A DNA stretch of 64,000 nucleotides from a bacterium (GTDB taxonomy: Bacteria > Zixibacteria > MSB-5A5 > GN15 > FEB-12), in contig JBDRNJ010000019.1 of NCBI GenBank assembly GCA_043811375.1, positions 1 to 64,000 of the forward strand. Reading direction: 5' to 3'. A program made the translations under genes and the position numbers. Every line of letters starts with the position of its first letter. The first letter of the stretch is position 1. The notes beneath the pieces were generated by a model, which was not told the origin of the DNA, searched no databases, and saw only the letters and a list, made by a program, of their open reading frames with translations. Of the stretch, positions 57,244-64,000 are shown one piece after another.

Positions 57244-57632
57244 AAGAGCACCTTAGAGCCGGCCATGAATTCCTGTGGTCCATACATATTTATATATTTA
57301 TATCGGTTGATGTTTCCCCTGTCAAAGGTTTTCTCGAGTGCGGGCATTACTAAAAGGCTTGGTTACGGATCATAACCGACAATCAGCCTGACGATATTCC
57401 CCGGATCAACCACGGTGTCGTTAGTCTCGACAAGCCTAATCTGGTTACGACCGGTCCTCTTCCTCACCCATAACAGGCAACTGATACCGGCACTATCAGC
57501 ACGACGGCGGCCGCGTTGCCTCTCCGGAAACTGATTGACATATTCTAAGAACGATATATCTTAAGGGTTGAAACTGATTGCCGGGTCGACCCGACGAGAC
57601 AACCGACTTACCAAGCTGCTGGAGGCAGGATT

Positions 57633-58883
57633 GTGAAAAACATGCCTGATGAGGGCGACATTTCAAACACACCATTCGAATCATCTGACAGTAGTTTGAT
57701 ATACCTGGACAACGCTGCCACGTCCTGGCCCAAGCCCGAACAGGTCTACTCCTTCATGATCGACTTCTACCGCCGCTGTGGTGTCAATCCGGGCCGCAGC
57801 GGTTTTGATAAAGCTATCGAGGCCGGAAATATCGTGGAAGACCTGCGTGGACGCCTGACGAAGTTCTTCGGCGGTGATGAAATGCATCCGGAGCGTCTCT
57901 GCTTCTCATACAACGCCACCGACTCTCTCAATCTCATCATCCAGGGTCTGCTGTCTGAAGGCGACCATGTGATTACCACCAACCTCGAACATAATTCGGT
58001 CATTCGTCCGATTAACCATCTGGTTCGTGACGGTGGCGTCGAAGCCACTTTCGTGCCGTTTGACAGTGAGGGGTTCATAGAACCGGACGAGATCAAAAAA
58101 GCCATCAAAGCCAACACCAAATTGGTGATGGTCAACCACGGCTCCAACGTGCTGGGAACCGTTCAGCCGGTAGCAGAAATCGGCCGCATCTGCAAAGAAC
58201 GGGAGGTTCTGTTTGGGGTCGATGTTTCACAGACAGCCGGCATGGTACCCATCAATATGGCCCTGATGAACATCGATGTTCTGGCTTTCACCGGCCACAA
58301 GAGCCTGATGGCTTCAACCGGCATCGGCGGACTATACGTTGTCCCCGGTGTTGAGATACGCCACAGCCGCAGCGGCGGTACCGGGGTGCGGTCGGCCTAT
58401 CCGTATCACCTCGACGAATACCCTTTTCGGATGGAATACGGAACGCCCAACATGCTGGGCATCGCCTCCCTGTGGGCCGGTCAGGAATGGCTTGCCGAGC
58501 AGGGTGGTGTAGAAGCGATCCACGCCCGTGAGATGGCACTGGCCCGGAAACTTATCGACGGCTTCAACAAAATCGACGGTGTTATCACCCATTGCTGCGA
58601 CAGCCTGGAGAATCATCTGGCCACGGTCTCCATGAACATTGAGGGACTGGAAGCAGGCGACGTGGGCATCATGCTCGACGTTGACTTCGATATTGCCACT
58701 CGGACCGGCCTGCACTGTGCACCGCTGGTGCATCAACAGATAGGCACGCTGGCTGGTCACGGTTCCGTCAGATTCGCTATCGGTCCGTTCAACACCGAGG
58801 AGCACATTACCGCGGCCCTTGCCGCCACCGCTGAGGTTGCTGAGCGGGCCAGGAAAATGTCACGCGTGGGGACACCCAGGTAA
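57633..58883 (+). CDS. Cysteine desulfurase-like aminotransferase class V
   Basis: YLDNAATS, EHNS, TGHKSL (PLP Lys), RTGLHCAP. Confidence 0.9.
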   Translation: MKNMPDEGDISNTPFESSDSSLIYLDNAATSWPKPEQVYSFMIDFYRRCGVNPGRSGFDKAIEAGNIVEDLRGRLTKFFGGDEMHPERLCFSYNATDSLNLIIQGLLSEGDHVITTNLEHNSVIRPINHLVRDGGVEATFVPFDSEGFIEPDEIKKAIKANTKLVMVNHGSNVLGTVQPVAEIGRICKEREVLFGVDVSQTAGMVPINMALMNIDVLAFTGHKSLMASTGIGGLYVVPGVEIRHSRSGGTGVRSAYPYHLDEYPFRMEYGTPNMLGIASLWAGQEWLAEQGGVEAIHAREMALARKLIDGFNKIDGVITHCCDSLENHLATVSMNIEGLEAGDVGIMLDVDFDIATRTGLHCAPLVHQQIGTLAGHGSVRFAIGPFNTEEHITAALAATAEVAERARKMSRVGTPR

Positions 58884-58910
58884 AGCACGCTCTGCAGATA
58901 ACACTAACCT

Positions 58911-60251
58911 CTAACTGACAATATGTTCCCGGGATATCTGCCGACCGTACAACAGGTCATCACCCCAAACCGAGACTGTCCGGGCCAAAGATGAGCGCTT
59001 GATACCGGCTCGGACCAGATTGTGCATAATTGTCGGGGGATGGCTGAAGGGGCAGACTTTCATGCACAGGCCGCAATCGGTGCCGACCACGCGCCAGTAA
59101 TGAAAACAACGCTCAACATCAAGTTGCCACTTGCGAACTCCACGGACGACGGTGGTAGAGCCTTCAGGAATCGCGCGGGGTGGGCAGTTGACGGCACACT
59201 TTTGGCAACGACGACAAAAGTCCTGAACTCCAAAGGCGATGGGTCGGTCGGGCACCAGCGGCAGATCGGTGGTGACGGCGCCCAGGCGGATACGGGCACC
59301 GAACCGAGGTGAGATCAGATAACCCAGGCGTCCCAGCTCGCCCAGACCGGCGTCTTGCGCCACCGCCGGCAGGATGATCTGGTAGTTGCTGTCGGAAATG
59401 TGCGCCCGGGCCGGATAACCAAAATTGCGGATGTACGCCGCCAGTCTCACGGAAATCTGAGCTGCGAGCAGATACTGCCGGGCAGATTCCTCCACGATCG
59501 GCATCTCCGGCGCCTTACGCACTATTTGGTAAGCCATTTCCAGCGAGAATACGATGGCAAAACGATGTCGATTGTCGATTGGGGCACCCCACGGCTCCGG
59601 ACCACGACCGACGTGCGAGTAGAGGTGCATCGGGTTCAACCGCGCCACACCAACTTCGTCGGCGCCCAGCCGAAGAACGAACTCTTTGATTTCCGGAGTT
59701 ATGCGGTCGGGATCAACTTCGTGAGTCTCCTGCCGAACCTCGCCATCCACTTGAGATGTCATGCTGCGGATATCCGCAAATACTGACTTGACTCTCCGAG
59801 CCGTATCCGGATTGTAGAAACGACCCCCGGGCTGGAGTATTGCCGGCAGTTGCCGCCAACGATCATCTATCTTTTTTTCCTCCGGGTGCGTTGAATAGTA
59901 CTGTCGATATTTCTCGGAATCGGGAAGGTACTCCTCGCGGGCAAACATGGTATCGCGCTCGTCAACGCGTTCATTGACCCCGGTGCCGTCGAGGACCGTT
60001 ATGGGACCGGTGGGGATGAACCAGAGGATAACTGCCGCAACCATCAAGACCATCACAGAAACCCGGACCCAATCCGGCGTCGGCAACCATACGGTCAGAC
60101 TATACCAGACTCCGGCAGCAATCAACATCAGCACCAGACTGATGACCGCCGCTCGCCTTTCCCGCTCCCAAATGGAACTGATGCCATACATGGCCAGTCC
60201 GACCACTATCATCCCACCAACCGGCAGGAACAGTATTTCGATCAGGTTCAT
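58911..60251 (-). CDS. Membrane-anchored reductive dehalogenase / QueG-like cobalamin, 2x[4Fe-4S] protein
   Basis: N-terminal TMs; 'LGADEVGV', 'DAGLGELGR.G', 'TTDLPL', FCRRCQKCAVNCP and C..YW..DCGLCMKVCP. Confidence 0.75.
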   Translation of the reverse strand: MNLIEILFLPVGGMIVVGLAMYGISSIWERERRAAVISLVLMLIAAGVWYSLTVWLPTPDWVRVSVMVLMVAAVILWFIPTGPITVLDGTGVNERVDERDTMFAREEYLPDSEKYRQYYSTHPEEKKIDDRWRQLPAILQPGGRFYNPDTARRVKSVFADIRSMTSQVDGEVRQETHEVDPDRITPEIKEFVLRLGADEVGVARLNPMHLYSHVGRGPEPWGAPIDNRHRFAIVFSLEMAYQIVRKAPEMPIVEESARQYLLAAQISVRLAAYIRNFGYPARAHISDSNYQIILPAVAQDAGLGELGRLGYLISPRFGARIRLGAVTTDLPLVPDRPIAFGVQDFCRRCQKCAVNCPPRAIPEGSTTVVRGVRKWQLDVERCFHYWRVVGTDCGLCMKVCPFSHPPTIMHNLVRAGIKRSSLARTVSVWGDDLLYGRQISREHIVS

Positions 60252-60384
60252 CTTCTGTTCTCACTTGATATTATGTCAGAATACTACACAGCATTGACGA
60301 TGGCAAGCAAGCCCACTCACCCGGGAGCCGGCAGCAGATAGATTGCCTACTAAGACAACGCTCGGTGATTCCGATAAACTCAAT

Positions 60385-60843
60385 ATGACTAAAACAACTG
60401 AACTACCCGAATCGTTTGCCGTTGACCACCGGCAGATGTCGGCTTCGCAGGTAAGGAAAGCCGTTGTTCTTACCGGCCCGGGCGGGGATCGGATAAGCAA
60501 GTTCGATCTCCGGTTCGTCAGACCCAATAGCGCGGCGCTACCCACGTCAGCCATGCACACGCTGGAACACCTGCTGGCTTCTTACCTGAGAGAATACCTC
60601 TAAGGCGTTATCGATCTGTCACCAATGGGTTGCCGGACCGGGTTTTATTTGACGGTATGGGGAACTCCCGACACCGAGTCGATCCGAACGGCACTGAAAG
60701 AGTCATTGCGGAAAGTGGTACAAACTGAATGGTCGAACGTGCCCGGTGTCTCTGAGGTGGAATGCGGCAACTACCGGGATCATTCCCTATTTTCGGCACA
60801 GGAATATGCCCGGCAGATTCTAAAGGGATTTCAAAAAACATGA
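60385..60843 (+). pseudogene. luxS: S-ribosylhomocysteine lyase LuxS interrupted by one in-frame TAA (60601-60603)
   Basis: ESFAVDH, FDLRF..PN, HTLEH before the stop; GVIDLSPMGCRTGFY and CGNYRDHSL after it in the same frame. Confidence 0.9.
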
Positions 60844-61577
60844 CTGGTCTGATCGGCGCTATGGCCGAAGAAATTGAGTTGTTCCGCATGAACCTGGAGG
60901 CGGCCGGGTCACAAACATACGCTCGCATGGAGTACCTGACCGGGCAGATTAAAGGTCAGGAAGTAGTGTTGCTTAAGTCGGGGATCGGCAAAGTCAACGC
61001 CACTATCGGAACCCAGGTCATGATCGACCGGTTTGATATCGAGCAGATCATCTTCACCGGCCTGGCCGGAGCATTGGTGCCGAATCTCAATCGCGGCGAC
61101 ATGGTGGTGGCCAACCATGTGGTGCAGTACGATTTTGATTTGACCGCTTTCGGTCGCCGACACGGGGAATTGCCAGACGTCGGCCGCCTGATCGAGGCCG
61201 ACCCGCGTCTGGTCAAGCTGGTCTGCTATGGTTTTGACGATATCTTCAAATTGAAAAGGGGTGCGCCCCGGTTGCAGGTTGGTACCATTGCTTCCGGCGA
61301 CCGGTTCGTGTCGGACCCACGCAAAATTGAATGGTTGCAACGCGAGTTTGGCGCTGTAGCCACTGAAATGGAAGGCGCCGCCGTCGGCTACACCTGTCTC
61401 GTCAACGAAGTACCGTTTGTGGTTCTGCGGACTATCTCTGACACCGCCGGCACCACCGCTCCGGAAGAATTCGACAAATATCTGACTCAGGCCTCGCATA
61501 ACTCGTTTCGAGTGGTCAGCACTATCCTCGAAGTGATGTCCCACCGCGCCGCCGTGGAGACAGCCGGCAACAATTGA
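60840..61577 (+). CDS. mtnN: 5'-methylthioadenosine/S-adenosylhomocysteine nucleosidase
   Basis: IGAMAEE, SGIGKVNA, SGDRF, EMEGAA, RTISD; ATGA overlap with luxS. Confidence 0.93.
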   Translation: MTGLIGAMAEEIELFRMNLEAAGSQTYARMEYLTGQIKGQEVVLLKSGIGKVNATIGTQVMIDRFDIEQIIFTGLAGALVPNLNRGDMVVANHVVQYDFDLTAFGRRHGELPDVGRLIEADPRLVKLVCYGFDDIFKLKRGAPRLQVGTIASGDRFVSDPRKIEWLQREFGAVATEMEGAAVGYTCLVNEVPFVVLRTISDTAGTTAPEEFDKYLTQASHNSFRVVSTILEVMSHRAAVETAGNN

Positions 61578-61764
61578 CGCTACGGCCGTCTCCGGTATCA
61601 TCAACTCTCAACTCCCCTGGTCGCGCAGCACCTCAAAATAAAAGTTGAACCCTACTCACGGTCCTGATAACTTCCGGTGACGGAACAGTAGTTCAAAACC
61701 CCGGTGGTTTTGACTTCTTGTCCTGAAAGCAAATGAACAAACATACACCATCAAAGGAGTGATG

Positions 61765-62361
61765 ATGAAAAAACTGTTGATCTTAGTCATGCTGGCGGCC
61801 CTGGTGGCCGGATGCGGCGGCGGAAAGACCGTCACCCGACTGGATACTGAGTCGGTGACTGACTTAAGCGGCAAGTGGAACGATACCGACGCTCGCCTGG
61901 TTGCCGAAGAAATGATTTCCGACTGCGTGTCGCGGGCCTGGCTGACCGGTTTTGCCGCCGCCCAGAGCAAGAAGCCGGTGGTCACGGTAGGCACTATCCG
62001 CAATATGACCAGCGAACATATCAATATGGAGACCTTTATCTCCGATTTTGAACGCGAGCTGATCAACGCCAACCAGGTGCGGTTCGTGGCCAGCCATGAG
62101 CAACGTGCCGAAGTGCGCGAAGAACGCTTCGAACAGGCGGAGTTCGCCTCCAAGGAGACCGCCAAACGCTTGCACGATGAACTGGGCGCCGATTTCATCC
62201 TGCAGGGCGCGGTCAAGACTATCACCGACCAGGAAGGCGGCAAGCAGGTAGTGTTCTACCAGACCGACCTGGAACTGGTTAATGTCGAAACGATGGAGAA
62301 GGTCTGGATCGGCACCAAAAAGATCAAGAAGGGTATCGCCCAGGGCAAGACCAAGTGGTAG
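61765..62361 (+). CDS. LpoB-like lipoprotein (penicillin-binding protein activator family)
   Basis: Lipobox VAGC; 'DLSGKWNDTD', 'N.TSEHI', 'GADFIL.G'. Confidence 0.75.
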   Translation: MKKLLILVMLAALVAGCGGGKTVTRLDTESVTDLSGKWNDTDARLVAEEMISDCVSRAWLTGFAAAQSKKPVVTVGTIRNMTSEHINMETFISDFERELINANQVRFVASHEQRAEVREERFEQAEFASKETAKRLHDELGADFILQGAVKTITDQEGGKQVVFYQTDLELVNVETMEKVWIGTKKIKKGIAQGKTKW

Positions 62362-62367
62362 TCGGCT

Positions 62368-63768
62368 GTGGCCGGTAGTATAGCCATACGAAAGCTTCTG
62401 GCGGCACTGCTGGCGCTGGTCGTTCTGGCAGGATGCGGTTCGGTCGCTACTCGCAAGAAGTTCTACGAGCCGATCACGGCCGAACTGCGCGCCGGCAACA
62501 CCACCGGTGCGGTGCAGATGCTGGAGACGGCCAATGACAAGAAGAAGTACGCCCAGAAAGACCGCCTGCTGTATTTCGTTGATGCCGGTTTGCTCAACCA
62601 TTACTCCGGGGAATTCGAGACCAGCAATGCCAAACTGCACCTGGCCGAGGAAGCTGCCGAGGAACTGTTCACCAAAAGCATCTCGCGGGCGGCGGTATCG
62701 CTGCTTTTGAACGACAACGCTTTGGAGTATTCCGGCGAAGATTACGAAGTCCTTTACACCAATCTCATCAAGGCGCTTAACTATATTGCCCTGAACCAGT
62801 TTGATGAAGCCTTTGTCGAGATTCGGCGTGCCAACCTGAAACTGGAACTGCTCGAACAAAAATACGCCGATGCCGCCGCCGAACTTCAGCGCGGTTCTCC
62901 CGATGATACCGACCGGGTCGAACTCGTCTACAAAGTCAGTGAGACCCGCTTTCACAACGATGCCTTCGCCCGCTACCTGAGTATGCATATCTATGCTGCC
63001 GACGGCAAGATGGATGACGCTCGTATCGACTACGATTTCCTGCAGCAGGCGTTCCGGACGCAGCAGCACATATATGATTTTGAGCCGCCGGATGTGAAGT
63101 ATTACTCGGAAGACAGGGCGATCCTGAGTGTAGTCGGCCTGGCCGGACTGGCGCCGGTGAAGGAAGCTCTCTCGCTACGAATCAGAACCGATAAAGACCT
63201 CGGACTGGTGCAGGTTCTCTACGACGGCGGGGACAATGCCGGCGCCGAGTACGGTCACCTGCCGGTCCCGGTTAAAGCGGATTACTATTTCAAGTTCGCT
63301 ATCCCAAAAATCGTGCCGCGACCATCGTTAATAAATGAAATCAAAGTGCTGGTCGACGGCGAACCCATCGGTCGATTGCAGCTTCTGGAAGATGTCGCGA
63401 AGGTGGCCGAGGAAACTTTTACGGCTCGGAAGTCGCTCATCTACGTTCGTTCAGTAGCCCGCGCTATCGCCAAAGGTCTGGCGGCTCACCAGCTCAAGAA
63501 GAAAGCCGATACCGGCGGCCTTACTGGCTGGCTGAAAAAAGCGGCCATTGATGTCGGTACCGACCTGATCGAGAACGCCGACTTGAGATCAAGTCAGTTT
63601 CTGCCCGGGATGATTTATGTCGGAGATTTCGAAATCGATCCGGGCACACATCGTGTGGCTATCCAATTCTACGATGCGACGGGCGATCTCGTGGGAGAGA
63701 CTACCTATGACGCCTATGAAGTCGTCAGCAACGGGTTGAACCTGATCGAAGCGTTTTCCGTCCAGTGA
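62368..63768 (+). CDS. COG3014-like TPR lipoprotein
   Basis: Lipobox LAGC; 'NDNALEYSGEDYE', 'ADLRS..FLP'; usual neighbour of LpoB-like genes. Confidence 0.7.
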   Translation: MAGSIAIRKLLAALLALVVLAGCGSVATRKKFYEPITAELRAGNTTGAVQMLETANDKKKYAQKDRLLYFVDAGLLNHYSGEFETSNAKLHLAEEAAEELFTKSISRAAVSLLLNDNALEYSGEDYEVLYTNLIKALNYIALNQFDEAFVEIRRANLKLELLEQKYADAAAELQRGSPDDTDRVELVYKVSETRFHNDAFARYLSMHIYAADGKMDDARIDYDFLQQAFRTQQHIYDFEPPDVKYYSEDRAILSVVGLAGLAPVKEALSLRIRTDKDLGLVQVLYDGGDNAGAEYGHLPVPVKADYYFKFAIPKIVPRPSLINEIKVLVDGEPIGRLQLLEDVAKVAEETFTARKSLIYVRSVARAIAKGLAAHQLKKKADTGGLTGWLKKAAIDVGTDLIENADLRSSQFLPGMIYVGDFEIDPGTHRVAIQFYDATGDLVGETTYDAYEVVSNGLNLIEAFSVQ

Positions 63769-63811
63769 GTACCGGCCTGTCGTCTTCTCGGCATTGTGTC
63801 ATCAGCCAGTA

Positions 63812-64000
63812 TCAGCAGGGAGGTGGTGGCGAGCCGCCCTGGAACAGGTAGGCTACGAGATAAGTAAGGTCGCCGACATCGACACCACCATTGGCGTCAA
63901 CATCACCCTCGTCAGTACATGGAGGTGGATTACCTCCCTGGAACAGGTACGCTACCAACCGGGTCAGGTCACCGACATCCGTACTACCCGTGTTGTCAAC
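63812..64000 (-). CDS. 3' end of a secreted protein with a C-terminal dockerin-like repeat (partial)
   Basis: Hand translation VDNTGSTDVGDLTRLVAYLFQGGNPPPCTDEGDVDANGGVDVGDLTYLVAYLFQGGSPPPPC*. Confidence 0.85.
   Translation of the reverse strand, partial: VDNTGSTDVGDLTRLVAYLFQGGNPPPCTDEGDVDANGGVDVGDLTYLVAYLFQGGSPPPPC

Noticed and set aside
60601..60603. Stop-codon recoding (Sec/Pyl or alternative genetic code) in luxS
   Set aside because: The codon is TAA, not TGA or TAG, and TAA ends many genes in this window
61864..63069. 401-aa minus-strand ORF (likewise 9129-10034, 28430-29335, 44127-44930, 24341-25060)
   Set aside because: Antisense shadows of well-supported genes in GC-rich DNA; no recognisable motifs
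63830..63980. Direct repeats CCCTGGAACAGGTA / GTC.CCGACATC
   Set aside because: Explained by the two halves of the dockerin-like repeat coded on the minus strand

Overview
Bacterial chromosomal window, probably from a Gram-negative anaerobe of the candidate phylum Zixibacteria. That assignment is an inference from two C-terminal 'DLTYLxAYLFxGGPxPxC' dockerin-like repeats. Left end: an RRE(PqqD-like)-M50 peptidase-HlyD fusion followed by an unannotated 30-aa ORF (MEDYQLKVEILEARIAP-IGLSPGGQWCIGP) with its own promoter, RBS and terminator. This is the best candidate for an undescribed peptide processing/export system. It converges on a ~14-kb minus-strand signalling cluster (RsbV/RsbW/RsbU-like, NUDIX, HAMP kinase plus sigma54 regulator, sigma54-type promoter, Omp85 barrel, DUF4390-like, GAF-PAS kinase, Ser/Thr kinase-TPR). 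Middle: mostly housekeeping genes (lapA/lapB-like, SPOR, mutS, mutL, miaA, MltD-like, sppA, HU, unannotated bS22-like protein, rlmN), with a REP-flanked methyltransferase-nuclease fusion inserted between mutS and mutL. At 38.9-47.4 kb, tRNA-Pro(TGG) is followed by three partial or degenerate copies that delimit three cargo cassettes, with no integrase in view. One cassette has a DUF2946-like CxxC/RSPP leader upstream of a His-rich outer-membrane protein. Right end: ALS, aldehyde dehydrogenase, YfhO-like, Tat-signal TldD plus PmbA, ArsR with Cys-rich mini-proteins, cysteine desulfurase-like, membrane-anchored reductive-dehalogenase-like protein, luxS broken by one in-frame TAA, mtnN, LpoB-like, and a partial dockerin protein. 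No CRISPR array, rRNA or transposase was seen. All calls come from motif reading only; no database searches were run.
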